Source: Naegleria gruberi (lineage: Eukaryota). From it: a DNA stretch of 64,000 nucleotides. The notes beneath the pieces are model-generated. The model did no database searches. It saw nothing but the letters and a program-made list of their open reading frames with translations, and was not told the DNA's origin. Positions 22,274 through 34,500 of this stretch are shown piece after piece (position 1 is the first letter of the stretch; the number at the start of each line of letters is the position of its first letter). Location of the stretch: assembly GCA_000004985.1 (NCBI GenBank), contig GG738855.1, one strand, 5' to 3'. The translations under genes were made by a program, and so were the position numbers.

Positions 22274-22678
22274 TTAGAGTTGTTCTTCAATCTTACTCTT
22301 TCTCTTCCAATATAAATGTGCTTGTCTGAAACTTTGATCCCAAACCTTTGGATCCCATCCCTTCGGAATGACTTGAGGATTTGGAGGAACCAAGCCCATG
22401 TTTGATAAAAGCTTCATCACATGGTCAGATGGTTGAGCTCCTTGACTGAGCCAGTATTTAACTCTATCAATATCAACATAACAAGTCTTGAATTTTTCTT
22501 GTGGATTCAAAGAATTTTGGAAGAACATATAGTCCATACTCTTGGCACTAGGATCATAAACTCCAATTTTCTCAACAATTTTACCTGATGATGGTGCACG
22601 ACGAGAGTCGGTAACAACAATTCTGTACAATGGGTTGTTTTTTACACCCATACGTTGAAGTCTGATACTACAAACCAT
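22274..22678 (-). CDS. MRPS16: Mitochondrial ribosomal protein bS16 (MRPS16).
   Basis: N-terminus MVCSIRLQRMGVKNNPLYRIVVTDSRRAPSSGKIVEKIGVYDP matches the bS16 signature. Confidence 0.8.
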   Translation of the reverse strand: MVCSIRLQRMGVKNNPLYRIVVTDSRRAPSSGKIVEKIGVYDPSAKSMDYMFFQNSLNPQEKFKTCYVDIDRVKYWLSQGAQPSDHVMKLLSNMGLVPPNPQVIPKGWDPKVWDQSFRQAHLYWKRKSKIEEQL

Positions 22679-22767
22679 TTTTTTTTAAAATTCTAAAAAA
22701 TAAAATTGATTTAATTTTGATATTAAGGATTGTTTAGACCCAATTATTGCTTTAATAAATCCAATAT

Positions 22768-23837
22768 TTAGTTTGTGGAAGGTGGTTGAGTTTGTTCTGT
22801 TTGTTGTTGAGTAGTTGTGTTAGTTGTTGATGGTGGAACTGAGGCCATTGCAAAAACAGCAGAGAAAATTCCTCCCAAAATGTTTGAGACACCTTCATTT
22901 ACAGATTGTAAAACAGTCAATTCGTCAATTCTTCTATCTAAGAAATTCCATGTATCTTGGAAATCAGGACTACTATCAGTCAACATGAAAAATTCACAAC
23001 TAGTATAAACCATTCCAACACCAGCTCTCTTAATGTACCATTGAATATCAGTGTCACGGATTCCAGAAATATGACAAATTTCATCAGACAATATGGCAGC
23101 ATTGTAAAGAGCATTTAAACCATGAACTTGATTAACAGGTCCAAGTCCACTATGAGTTCCTGATGTTTTGAAACCAGTTAATTGATTGAAAATTTGGGTT
23201 GGACCATCAACAAGTGGATTTGGTCCGAAAATAAAGGTAGACATGGCTTCTGTCCATTTTCCACACTTGACGAATGGAGCAACCATTTCAAGTCTAGCAC
23301 GAATAGCTTTTTTAATAATTGTTGGTGTATCCATTCTGAATGTTAATTAATTGATCATTATATTATTTGATAAATGGTAAGGACTTACCCTGTCTTGTCC
23401 ATTGTTTGAATTTGTACACTCATAGCTCTATTACATTTTGTTAAAAAGTGTTGAATCAATTCAGTTTCTGGTCCTAAACTTGTGGCACCAGTTGCGAAAA
23501 GTTGTGAAGATGCCATTGGACTCAATCCGAAATCCTTTGAGGCTTCAGAGATAGCATCAACTGACCATCCGAGAGTTGGAACATATTTATCAACAGCAGC
23601 ATCAAGAATTGATCTTTTGAGTGTTTTAATATCCAAGGTATTATTACTTGTTGTGGAGGTATTAGTGGTTGTAGATGAAGTGAAAGATGAAGCAGGTTGG
23701 TTAAAAATTATTCTTGAATTTGTGTATTGTCTTGATTGAACAAAAACTTTACGGATCATCAAAGATGATGATTTAAATTGATTCTTGTTCTTTAATAATA
23801 AACGGGCTGATGAACGAGTAGTATTCAAACTGAACAT
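22768..23837 (-). CDS. COQ9: Ubiquinone biosynthesis protein COQ9, 2 exons: join(23389..23837, 22768..23335).
   Basis: C-terminal DSSPDFQDTWNFLDRR and adjacent blocks match the COQ9 domain. Intron 23336..23388 (GTAAGT...TCAG) preserves the frame. N-terminal mitochondrial presequence. Confidence 0.8.
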
Positions 23838-23855
23838 TTTTTTAATTTAATAATT

Positions 23856-26219
23856 TTATTTTCTTGGCTGTATTTGCAAGCTTAGCTCATACAGCTCTTC
23901 TTCACTTCTTTCCTTCTCATTGAACGAAATCATTTCCTTGATAAAATCATTATTCGGTTCAATTTCATATGGTCTTCCTTGGAATCTCAAAATTTGGTAC
24001 ATTACATTATAAGTATTGATACATTTGGAAAAGTTAATCTTGCCATCCATAATTGTTGGATTACCATCATCTGTAAAAACCAAATCTCTCAAATAAATAC
24101 CAATATAAGGGCAGCAAGGTTTTCCATTAGTAAAACATTCATTCATTGCCATTCTGAAGTTTTTGCTGTTACCTTTTGGAGAACTGAGTTCATTACAAGC
24201 ATTTTGAACCTCATTCAGTTTTTCATCCATTTCATCCCAAACTTTACTCAATCTGTGAACTGGTGTTGATCCTAGAGCACCAATAATTGCCATTAGCATA
24301 TTATAACTGTTCATTTCTTTCAAAATTCCAAGAACTTGCATTATCTTTTTACCAAATCTTACTCTCTTTTGAGGATCTTCCTCTGTAAGAATCTTGACCG
24401 AAAGCCATGTACTAACCTTATTCAAAAAGTTAATATTCAACATGACATGAGGAGCTTGATGTCTTCTCTTATCCTTATTCCATGCTTGATCAAGAATTTC
24501 AGTAAAATGAATTTCGTTATAAAGAGCATAGTCCATATATGTTAGTTGTTCAGCAATTTCTTTTGGTGTTAGCTCTGATAGGTCAATCCCCTGTGTTCCA
24601 CCACCAACAAATTTTGCTTTCTTATTTTCTTTAATGTTGAAAATCTTATCCATATCCTTAGCTTTTTGCCATGGTTGTTTTCTATCTTGTTTGGCCATCA
24701 ATTCCTTAATATGTGTTATTGTAGATGATATTCCTAGATCTAGATTCGTTATAATATTAGAAGAAGGGTTAACATTTAGTGACTCGAATGCAGTTCTTAT
24801 GAAAGCGTCCAAAGAATTGACCATATCATTATCAAAATCAAACATGCCACTCTTTACAAATTTCAATATCAATAAAAGGCACTTTTTTTTGATTCCTACT
24901 GCTACAACATTGGAGAAGAAACTTCTTTCAACATCATTGAATAAAAGATCTTGCTCTGTTAATTCTGGAACAAAGTATCTCTGATAAATCTTATCGAGTA
25001 CAATCTTTGGTTTCATACTATACCTAAAAGTATACCAAAATACATCAGAGAGAAATTGTGGTGAATATGCATCTGTTAAAAGAATGATTAAACGATTGAT
25101 ATCAATAACTTTTGGAACATCTCCATTAAATAAATCAGGAACACTCGATTTTTGCATTACTATCGAATCATCACAGGCTGGAGGTTCATCATAAATTGGT
25201 GTCTTTACCTGAGATTCCATATTGAACTTATCAGCAGCTGCTTGCTTTCTAGAAAATTCCATTAATTTATCCCCATTCTTAAAGTTGATAATCTTTTGGA
25301 GATAAATTGGTCCAGGTGGCTTCTTGTTATACAATTTGTCACTATAATACATGTTAACAATCTTTTGGTAATGGTGAGTTTGAAGACCATGGTGTAGTTT
25401 CAAAACAAAAGGAGACATTCCTAAAATTTTAACAAACAGTCTCATTGTTTGATTCGAATCGTCAACTGTTTCAGGAGTACCATTCATTTGAGCTTGATAT
25501 ACTTCATCAAAAACTTCTTCAAGCTCTTCATCTAGATAATAATCATACTCTGATACATCGTGAAAGAAGAATACAAATTGTTGATCCAATTCTATTTTTG
25601 ATGCCAACATTAAAATGTCATTATTGATGCTTGCTGTTTTTAGAATCCTAACTTCGAATGGTATTGCTCCTAGAGATTGAGAATTAGAATCAGGGTCATA
25701 CGATAAAACTGACTTGATATTGGTTCCAAATTTTGCATTTGTAAAGATTGATTGACCTTTGTTATTCACAAATTTGATTCTTTCATCCTTTCCTATTACC
25801 AAACTCGGGGTTGGTATTGTTGAAATTGAGTCTTGAATGAATGAGTTGGATTTATATTTTTCGGCATATCTGGTGAGTGAGGTTACCCATCTTTGATGTT
25901 CCACACCATCTTTTGCTTTTAATAAAACTGGAGCCTTATTGGTAAGGAACAGGAGAATGGTAAAATTTTGGTGAGTGATTTTCTCTGCATTGATCACTTG
26001 TATAACTGATGAGTTGTTCAAAACCAAACTTTCCTTGAGTGAAACTTCTGGATAAAATTGAGGATTGTTTGGATATTGAAATAATACTCCGTCATCCTTT
26101 AAAACCATATACATTTTCCTCCAAGTTGAAAAGAGACTTCTTCTCAATACCTCTCCTTCCATAACGGTTTTTTCACCTAAGAGAAGGCCAGAACCAGCTG
26201 AGTTTGATGAGGAAGGCAT
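23856..26219 (-). CDS. Ras guanine-nucleotide exchange factor with N-terminal PH domain, REM and Cdc25-homology (RasGEF) domains.
   Basis: Cdc25-homology motifs (IAEQLTYMDYALYNEI ... CCPYIGIYLRDLVFTDDGNP). N-terminal PH-like fold. Single 787-aa ORF. Confidence 0.8.
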   Translation of the reverse strand: MPSSSNSAGSGLLLGEKTVMEGEVLRRSLFSTWRKMYMVLKDDGVLFQYPNNPQFYPEVSLKESLVLNNSSVIQVINAEKITHQNFTILLFLTNKAPVLLKAKDGVEHQRWVTSLTRYAEKYKSNSFIQDSISTIPTPSLVIGKDERIKFVNNKGQSIFTNAKFGTNIKSVLSYDPDSNSQSLGAIPFEVRILKTASINNDILMLASKIELDQQFVFFFHDVSEYDYYLDEELEEVFDEVYQAQMNGTPETVDDSNQTMRLFVKILGMSPFVLKLHHGLQTHHYQKIVNMYYSDKLYNKKPPGPIYLQKIINFKNGDKLMEFSRKQAAADKFNMESQVKTPIYDEPPACDDSIVMQKSSVPDLFNGDVPKVIDINRLIILLTDAYSPQFLSDVFWYTFRYSMKPKIVLDKIYQRYFVPELTEQDLLFNDVERSFFSNVVAVGIKKKCLLLILKFVKSGMFDFDNDMVNSLDAFIRTAFESLNVNPSSNIITNLDLGISSTITHIKELMAKQDRKQPWQKAKDMDKIFNIKENKKAKFVGGGTQGIDLSELTPKEIAEQLTYMDYALYNEIHFTEILDQAWNKDKRRHQAPHVMLNINFLNKVSTWLSVKILTEEDPQKRVRFGKKIMQVLGILKEMNSYNMLMAIIGALGSTPVHRLSKVWDEMDEKLNEVQNACNELSSPKGNSKNFRMAMNECFTNGKPCCPYIGIYLRDLVFTDDGNPTIMDGKINFSKCINTYNVMYQILRFQGRPYEIEPNNDFIKEMISFNEKERSEEELYELSLQIQPRK

Positions 26220-26375
26220 TTTTTTATTAAGGATGCCGCATTGCTTTTGTTTGGCGCATTATTTATTTGATGAAATAAAATTATTTTATTTAAATATTTA
26301 AAAAAATCATCCTGTCTTGTTTGTGGGATCTACACACCTGTATCTTTGATAGGCTCATCTCTTGCAAGATCAAAA
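26220..26375. promoter_or_regulatory. Short divergent promoter region between RasGEF (-) and TRAPPC10 (+).
   Basis: ~150 bp AT-rich spacer; both flanking ATGs are preceded by A-runs. Confidence 0.3.
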
Positions 26376-29300
26376 ATGATGAATCCAAATCATTATTTTC
26401 TGAACCCGTATGTTGTTGTATGGGAGTTGTCAGAAGATAATTTCAAAGATGATCCAAATCCAAGTTATTATGATCCTCAGAGTCAACAAACCTCGCAACA
26501 ACAACAACAACAACCTCTAAATCGTGTAAAACGATCCATTTCATCAAACAATTTACAAACCACATCCACTACAACAACATCATCCTCATCAATAGTAAAC
26601 ACTAAATATGCTCTATGGAATAGACAAATTAAAAGACTTTGTATTAATAATCAACAATTTCAAGCCAGTGGACTTTCAACTCTTCAAGTTGTAAAGGGGA
26701 AGATACAAAAAATTCAATCCAACAAAACAAACAAAACAACAACAACCAGTAATTCCGGATCAGCTTCTACTACTACAAGTACACCTCTGGAAGTTGTACC
26801 AAATTTGGATTTAATTAAACCTATCAGTCAGTATAAAGTTGACTTTTACACATCAAATGATTCGAGGATTAAAGATTGTAACTCTAGGCACTGGTCTTGC
26901 TGGTATAGAAATCCATATTTCCATCTATTTATTGTACAAACAGAAGATTTGGAAATCTATAAGAGTAATATTAAACCTAAACTTAAAAAATGGGTTGATT
27001 ACATGACAGAAAGAGATTACGAATATTTAATTTGTTATGTTTCGAGTAACACATCTTCTGGAGATTTGTTTAAGAAATTCTCTCTATTCAGTAAGGTGTA
27101 TGACAAATTAAAGAGCGACTTTGGAAAGGCTACATCAAATGGATCGAATAGTATTGCTTCATCAAGCTCTGCAAGTAGAGTGATTAAACTAGGTCTTCAA
27201 CATGCACTCAATGGAGCAAATAATAGTAATGGTACCACACTAAATACAAGTGCAAGTAGCAGTTCAAGTCAAGATGATTCATTACTATCAACTAGTGGAT
27301 CTAATACAAGTGTTGTGAAGGAAATGTACACAAGAATTCATGAAGGAATTTTGCATGAGTTTTCAAGAAGATGTGCTAAATATGAAGAGGAAATCAAAAA
27401 AACAGAGATGAATATGCATCTTCCTGGTTGGCAATTTTCTCAATATTTTATTCAAAAAGAAGGTCTTTCCTTTTTACTAGAACAATTTGGACTTTTTGTT
27501 AATTCTCTTGGTATTTACAATCAATTACTTGGGTTTGCTTCATCAGAAAGAAAAATGGTTCAATATGCCAATTTCTTTGATGAGAAACAATTCAAAATTG
27601 TCAACATTTTGGAAGACCAATATGATGGTTTTAGAGATAGTATGAAAAATTCATTAATTTCAGAATTTGAGTTTCAAAATTATGTATTTTCTAGACAGAT
27701 GCACTTGTTTTTTAAGCTCCATATGTCAGATCAAGTTGCTAGAGTTGCTCCTTTACACATTTCTAGTTTAGTAAAGAGATTGGAACAAGAATTGCTTACC
27801 TCTAATACTGAAACCAATGAACTTGCCACTTCATGGGATGAAAATACCTTGACAAAATACTTGAATATTCACGCATGGGCTTATGCATCTGCATTTTGTG
27901 TAGCTGAAGAGTGTTATAAGAGAGTGAAGGAAATGTCTGACGATGTTCAAAGAACATTATACAGATTATGTGGTGATATTTATTTATATTGTAGATATGA
28001 ATTAGAAATTTTAGGTTCAGTATTTGACATGGATATTTCTTGGGATAATATATGTACTGGAGGAACAGACACTGTTTTTGATTTGAGTTTAAAACATGTG
28101 GATTCAGCTGCAGAACTGGTTACTAATCTTCCATTTATAACAAAAGTGGAGTATTCTAAACTAGCTCATACGCTAAATATGGACGTTGAACAAAAGAAAT
28201 TACTTCTTGTTTATAACACTAATTACTTACCAGCCTCTCTGTTAAAACAAGCTCTATCAACCCAACAAGAATTTGATGAGAGAATGTTAGCAGTGATATC
28301 ATCTGTTGCAGATTGTTACAATAATGGACTGAGAAATAGATTCTATCAGAAATTGAATGGAGACATGGCTGCTATACATTTCAGACAAGGAAAATATGTA
28401 GAATCCTTTAAATATTTGAAGGGACAACTCTCCATGTATCTTACTGATGGCTGGTATGGTATTGCAACTGATGTATTGATCAAAATGGCAGAATGTACAA
28501 AACATATGAAATCTGAAGTTGATTACGTATCATCATGTGTAGATTTAATTACTTCAAAATATACAAATAATCTCCAAAAACTTTATTACTGGAGAGAAAT
28601 GACAGATACTCTTAAAAACTATGAAAATACTATCTCAAAACAAATAGAGGATACATCCATGTGGTATACCTGTGTAACAACAACAAAGCAAAATGAAGCA
28701 TGTTTAGAAATGGGTAAACAATTGAATTTAATCGTTACCATTTTCAATGATTCACTACTTGAAGAATTTACAGCTGAAGAGCTTTCACTTTCATTTATTC
28801 AAGTTGATGAGGATTCTTATCATGAAAGACTTGTCATTTCAAGAAATATTTCTAACACACCTTTAAAAAGGGGCAAAAATGTTTTTCCAATAGATGAAAT
28901 GATGCTACGCCTTGGCTCTTTCCGTCTGGAGCGCATTTCCATCAAATTTGGTAAATTAGAGCTTATTGTACCAACTAAAAGAAAGGAAGAAGAATTGGTA
29001 TATAATAGACCATTCGTTGTTGTGTCATCAGAAAAAACCAATAGAGAAAAGGTTAAACCAAAGAGTGATAACTCTCTTCTATCTAGACTTACAAGAACTA
29101 AAGATACTGATACACAATCTGAAATTGAAAGTCAAATGGAAACTATGTTTGCCGATGATGACTCTTCTTCATTCACTACCACTACAATGGTAGCAGTTAA
29201 GAAGGATAGTTTAAAGGATGCCTTCCTATTATTGGTACTTGAATCTAGACCAACACTGACTATAGAAACTGTCAAAGAGCAACTCTTCCTTCTAAACTCT

Positions 29301-31181
29301 GTTCACTATTTCTGTATTACAGTCGATACAAAACAAGACCTTGTTGAATGTGGATCAATGTCTATTACATCACTATCTCAAAATTTACGTGTTTGCCCAG
29401 ATAAGAAGGGTTTTATTATAGTCGATGAGGGAGCCGAAGAAGAGATTGATATTTTGGATTGTTCAATTTCAATTCCAAAATTAGGAACGGGCAGGCGTCT
29501 TACCTACAAGATACCTATTATTGCAACAGAAATTTCCAAAGAAAGACTTACAGAGAATTACAATATGAGCTTTAGAGCTAACTATACTAAACAAGTTACA
29601 AGAGAATCATTCAAATTACAAAAAACGTTTGAAATTACTTTTTATCAACCATTTTCGTGTGAATGCTTTTCTACTAAAATGTCAGAGAGTATCTATATGA
29701 TTCAAGTTTTAACAAAGTGCATAACACCAAAACCGTTAGAGATATCCAAATACGAAATTACTTCATCAGACTCTTTTAATATTACCAAAGATTTCAATAC
29801 CCATCTCATAACTACTACATCTCCAATGGAAGTATTTGCTGAAGATTTTATTTCTTATGTATTTGAAGCTGTTGTTTCAAAACCATTCACTCCTCCTGTT
29901 ATGAATTTGGAATTTTCAATTCCAACCCAAGACTCTGCAGTTTATCATTTTATTGTACCATCCATTGGTATAAATGAAGAGATTGACCCTCAATTTTCTG
30001 TTGATGTTAACTGCTTTGCCCAAACTAAGAACGAATCCTTGTCACCTCTTATGGGTTTTCCTTCAACAGCAGAGGAAGATATTACAAATGAAACAGAGGG
30101 AACCCAAAAGGCTCTTGTTGTAGGGCGTTCTTGTCAAATGAGTTTGGATTTATTCATTACCAAGCCATTAGTATTCCACAATGATCGTGCATTTATTTTG
30201 GAAATCGAGGCAGATCCTCTACATTGGGTTTTATCTGGTACTAGTAGAATAGTTCTCGATGAAAGTATCAATCTATCACCATTACACGTTGAAGTTGGAC
30301 TCATTCCACTATCAAGTGGTTATGTTGCCCTTCCAGATATTAATATCATTTGTAAATCTAAAACAAATTCAGCTGAGGAAAAGTCTTTCTCCGATGTTTT
30401 ACAAAGAAATTATCACAATGTTGAAAATAGAGGAAGAGCCTTTGTTTTACCATTGTCTTCTAAAGATGTGATATTTGGACCACTATTCCCTGTAAATTTT
30501 CCTAATGTTGATCTTTCCCTTCTTACCAAATTACCTCAACCAAGCATTTCACAAACTTCTCTTTCATCTGAAATTGATTCACCAGCTAAACCACCTTCCA
30601 AACCACTTTCTCAAATAGATTCTCAAAGAAATTCAAAATCTCTTAAGGTAACAACTCCTACTTCTATTTCACCAATTTCTTCCCAAGCACATGATGAATA
30701 TGATGATGGTTCTCAATGGAATGAAGGTCCACTCGGAAAGCAAATTGAGGATGTTAATCCAATTGCTTACACACAACCAAAGTTTGTCACTCCAAACATT
30801 GTAAATTCTTCAGAGAAATTGATGGATAAACATCCTGCCATAAGTCCAATATCAATCCCAATTTCCAAAATTGCAACACCACCTCCACATGTTCTTGTTG
30901 ACAGAAAACTTCCTTCATCTCCAAGACCAACACCCAGAGCAGCAATTATTAATATGAGAAGAAGAGAGGGAGCTCAAGCTCATAAGAGAACAAAATCAGA
31001 GTATTTGGCCTTTTCCAGCGCTGAAATGGAAGTTCTACCACAAACAGACTTGCTATCACCTGTTTCAAACACAGTTACAACCAATAACAATCGTAAAGGT
31101 TTAGCTCCACCCCTCTCTGAGGTTGAAATTTCTGAAGGAGCAGATGCTTCATCTGATGAGAATGACGGTTTTTCAGAGTAA
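26376..31181 (+). CDS. TRAPPC10: TRAPP II complex subunit TRAPPC10 (Trs130), ~1600 aa.
   Basis: Blocks GWQFSQYFIQKEGLSFLLEQFGLF and YLTDGWYGIATDVLIKMAECTKHMKSEVDYVSSCVDLIT match conserved TRAPPC10 segments. Start at the A-rich ATG at 26376 (the ORF opens at 26346). Confidence 0.75.
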   Translation: MMNPNHYFLNPYVVVWELSEDNFKDDPNPSYYDPQSQQTSQQQQQQPLNRVKRSISSNNLQTTSTTTTSSSSIVNTKYALWNRQIKRLCINNQQFQASGLSTLQVVKGKIQKIQSNKTNKTTTTSNSGSASTTTSTPLEVVPNLDLIKPISQYKVDFYTSNDSRIKDCNSRHWSCWYRNPYFHLFIVQTEDLEIYKSNIKPKLKKWVDYMTERDYEYLICYVSSNTSSGDLFKKFSLFSKVYDKLKSDFGKATSNGSNSIASSSSASRVIKLGLQHALNGANNSNGTTLNTSASSSSSQDDSLLSTSGSNTSVVKEMYTRIHEGILHEFSRRCAKYEEEIKKTEMNMHLPGWQFSQYFIQKEGLSFLLEQFGLFVNSLGIYNQLLGFASSERKMVQYANFFDEKQFKIVNILEDQYDGFRDSMKNSLISEFEFQNYVFSRQMHLFFKLHMSDQVARVAPLHISSLVKRLEQELLTSNTETNELATSWDENTLTKYLNIHAWAYASAFCVAEECYKRVKEMSDDVQRTLYRLCGDIYLYCRYELEILGSVFDMDISWDNICTGGTDTVFDLSLKHVDSAAELVTNLPFITKVEYSKLAHTLNMDVEQKKLLLVYNTNYLPASLLKQALSTQQEFDERMLAVISSVADCYNNGLRNRFYQKLNGDMAAIHFRQGKYVESFKYLKGQLSMYLTDGWYGIATDVLIKMAECTKHMKSEVDYVSSCVDLITSKYTNNLQKLYYWREMTDTLKNYENTISKQIEDTSMWYTCVTTTKQNEACLEMGKQLNLIVTIFNDSLLEEFTAEELSLSFIQVDEDSYHERLVISRNISNTPLKRGKNVFPIDEMMLRLGSFRLERISIKFGKLELIVPTKRKEEELVYNRPFVVVSSEKTNREKVKPKSDNSLLSRLTRTKDTDTQSEIESQMETMFADDDSSSFTTTTMVAVKKDSLKDAFLLLVLESRPTLTIETVKEQLFLLNSVHYFCITVDTKQDLVECGSMSITSLSQNLRVCPDKKGFIIVDEGAEEEIDILDCSISIPKLGTGRRLTYKIPIIATEISKERLTENYNMSFRANYTKQVTRESFKLQKTFEITFYQPFSCECFSTKMSESIYMIQVLTKCITPKPLEISKYEITSSDSFNITKDFNTHLITTTSPMEVFAEDFISYVFEAVVSKPFTPPVMNLEFSIPTQDSAVYHFIVPSIGINEEIDPQFSVDVNCFAQTKNESLSPLMGFPSTAEEDITNETEGTQKALVVGRSCQMSLDLFITKPLVFHNDRAFILEIEADPLHWVLSGTSRIVLDESINLSPLHVEVGLIPLSSGYVALPDINIICKSKTNSAEEKSFSDVLQRNYHNVENRGRAFVLPLSSKDVIFGPLFPVNFPNVDLSLLTKLPQPSISQTSLSSEIDSPAKPPSKPLSQIDSQRNSKSLKVTTPTSISPISSQAHDEYDDGSQWNEGPLGKQIEDVNPIAYTQPKFVTPNIVNSSEKLMDKHPAISPISIPISKIATPPPHVLVDRKLPSSPRPTPRAAIINMRRREGAQAHKRTKSEYLAFSSAEMEVLPQTDLLSPVSNTVTTNNNRKGLAPPLSEVEISEGADASSDENDGFSE

Positions 31182-31520
31182 TTTAATAAATAATTTATTG
31201 TTTAAAGAATAGAGAAGATTATATCATTAACACTGCTTCCTTCGCAAGGTTCAAGAATACTTTGGTGCTGGAAAGGCCTTTTGTTGATCTAGATGATACT
31301 CAGTCCTAATAAACTGCAAATGAAATAACTTCTCAAATTTCAAACTCTTCATCAAAAAAAATTCTCTACAGCCTGTTGTTTCCGCCCTTTTTGATCTTTA
31401 TAAAGGACATTAAACAACATCAACAACAAAGGAAACAATCTTTCTCCATCATCTAATCTATTTAATACAACTTATTGGTATTGAGAAGAAAATATTTAAA
31501 CATTTTGAAAGATTGATCCT

Positions 31521-34500
31521 ATGATGATGTCTACCCAAACAACTCCTTCATTGCCTCTTCGTTCCTCTAGGAGCAACAACAAAAAACAACCCTTCTCCAA
31601 CATTTTTACCTTCTTTGATCATTCAAGATTAGATGGATGGCAAAAGAAGAGTAAAGTATTTCACCACCCACAAATAGCCAATCTCCTTCCTCAAGGTGTG
31701 CAAACAGGTATAACAACAGGAAGTAAAACATCAAAAGAAAAGAATTCTATTCCAACTGGTAATAACACAACATCATCATCAGCATCGGCTATTATTCAAC
31801 AACATAGTGTTTTATCTGTTCTCTATTCAAGTACATCAGCTTTAGATTCTCAAAGACTAGACAAATCAAATATTACATCTGTTGCAGCCAGTAAGAATAT
31901 TTTGTTCTTTTCTGATGATCACGGAAACATTCACACTATTGATACTCACAAAAAGGAACATACTTGTTTTGTAGGAATTTTCTCCAAGTCTCTTAATTCT
32001 ATTAGAGTTGTTACACCAAAGAGTGGCACAGAATATAAAACAGATGGAAAATATGCCAATAGTAATGATGAACAAAAAGTTAAAAGTAATTACCTTATTG
32101 CTGTAGGAACAGACTATAACCTCTCTTCTCTGACAAGATCAGAAAATGGTGATGGTGATAAAACCAGTAATGAAGAGTTTGTAGTTAGTCAATCCCTTCA
32201 AAAAGAAGCAATTCTTCAAGAAGAAGTTAAAATCAAAGTCTTTGAATGGAAAGGTGCCTTTAAAAATTCTGATTTATTGAGTATTCCAAAATCAGAAATA
32301 ATTCTACCAAAATATGATAAGGAGGATAAGATCATTAATTCTATTGATCAATTCGAGGTTACTACTGATTTGAAATATCTTGCAATTCCACGAGGAAAAT
32401 ATGTCTACTTGTATAATGATGTTGGAAAAAGAAATACTACAAATAATCAAACTGGAGGTGTTGTTAGTTCAACTAAATCTACATCATCTACAAGTTTTTT
32501 CAACTTTGGTTCTTCCAATGATAAGAGAGCACCAACAATTCAAGCCTTACCTTCGAATAGTTCTATCAATTCTCTTGGTTTCCTTTCAAATCAAGATAAA
32601 CAAGGAAATTGGGTATTGTATGCAACAGATAAGAATGATGTTTACAGATGGGATTTGGCTCGTTCTTTGGGAAGTGGATTTGTGAAAATACCACTCTCAA
32701 GTTCAACTCTTGTTTCGTCTGCCAATCAAAATAATACTAATCAAGATGGTACTGTTGTAAATTTTGTTGGTAATTCTGATCCAATTGAATACGGTTGCAC
32801 TTGTACTTCAACACCTTTCTTTGCTTCATCATTTTTAGAACATCAAGATGCCAAGTACAATTCACACAGTAGAGGATTGCATAACCAAAATATGCTCTAT
32901 GATACAACTATTGGCAAGTATCACTCTGCCTTTATTGTACTCAAGGGTGACGAAATTCATGCCTTCAAATACAACCATAATCCAAATGTACCAATTACCT
33001 CCAATTCTGACAATGCAGCAAACACCAATGACAAGATTGTAAAACTCCCTCCATCCCATGCATCTCACCACAACCAAAGTATTGTACGTCGTAAATTATT
33101 TTGGTATCAAAATTATTTAGGTATGGCTCGTGTAGAGAATAATACACCTTCAAGCGTATATGGTTCTGTTAACAGTAAGAAAGGAAATGTTGTTCTCAAT
33201 ATGTATGATCTCAATAATACATACATTACTTATGATTTCAGAACTCAAAATCTCCACATGGCTAACAATATGTCAACTCAAAACGGTTCAGCTCCTCAAG
33301 GTAATAATGCTGTTTCTACAATTGAAAGAAATAGGAAATATCAATTTATTGACATTGTTCCAGTTTTTCAACAAGGAGTAGATACAGGAACAATATTTTT
33401 AATTGTCAAGAGAGAAGGTCCAATGGGAAAGGAGGCAGGTAGTGAAAATTTCATTTACCAACTCAAAGAAAAGCCACCTCAAAGCAAATTAGAACTTCTC
33501 ATCAAAAAATACCAATATCGTTATGCAATTGAATTGGCTAAAACCATTCAACAATTGGATTATGATGCTTTCAACTCTGAAACTCGTCGTAAATATGGTG
33601 ATTATTTATTCTCTCAGGGAAGATATCAACAAGCTGTTCGTCAGTACATGCAAACAATACCTCTCGTTGAACCATCCTATGTCATTAGAAAGTTCCTTGA
33701 TTCTCAGAAAAATGCATTCCTCATCCAATATCTTTTAAAACTTCACTTGGAACGTAAAAACAATAGAGATCACACTACTTTATTGTTGAACTGTTTCATG
33801 AGATTAGACGATCATAGTGAAGAACAAATTCAACTCATGACAAATCCTTCTGGTATTGGAGCCAATCTTGCTTCTAGGGATAGTAAGGATATTATGGGTA
33901 TGGATATGTTAATGGATGACGATGATGACGCACAAGATGATACTGGAATGGAAGAAGAGGAAGTAGAAGCTCAATTAATGGCTAAATTTATGGAACTTGT
34001 TGATGGAAGAGACAAATCAAAGATATTTGAAGAATTTATTCATCCAAAGAATGCAAAACTCTTGAATTATGATGTTGAGACAGCAATCAAAGTTTTGAGA
34101 GAAAATGGTTTTAGAGATGAAGCATTAAAACTTGCCGAAAGTACAGCTCCACTTTTCAACAATAATCCAGAAAAGCAAAGAATTCTTAACGACTGGATCA
34201 TACGTATCTATATTGAAGATTTTGGTAAATGGAATGAAAATCCAAAAATGCCAGAATACAAACTCAACTTTAAAAAGGCTCTTCGTCACATAGAATCTCT
34301 AAGCCTTGATCAAAGCAAAGAGTTCATGAGAAGATATGGTAAAAAACTGGTTGCAAACCTCCCTGAAAGATCTACTAATTTATTAATTAGAATGTGTATT
34401 AATTATAGACCAATTCCTGCTAAAAAGCAAGTGAATGGATTGATTCCACAAATGACAGAAGTTGCAGACAATATTGATGACAAGAGAAGAATTTTCTTGA

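Noticed and set aside
31230-31260. tRNA-like GGTTCAAGAAT motif in the TRAPPC10-VPS11 spacer.
   Set aside because: No acceptor, D or anticodon stems can be built around it. It is an isolated T-loop-like string.
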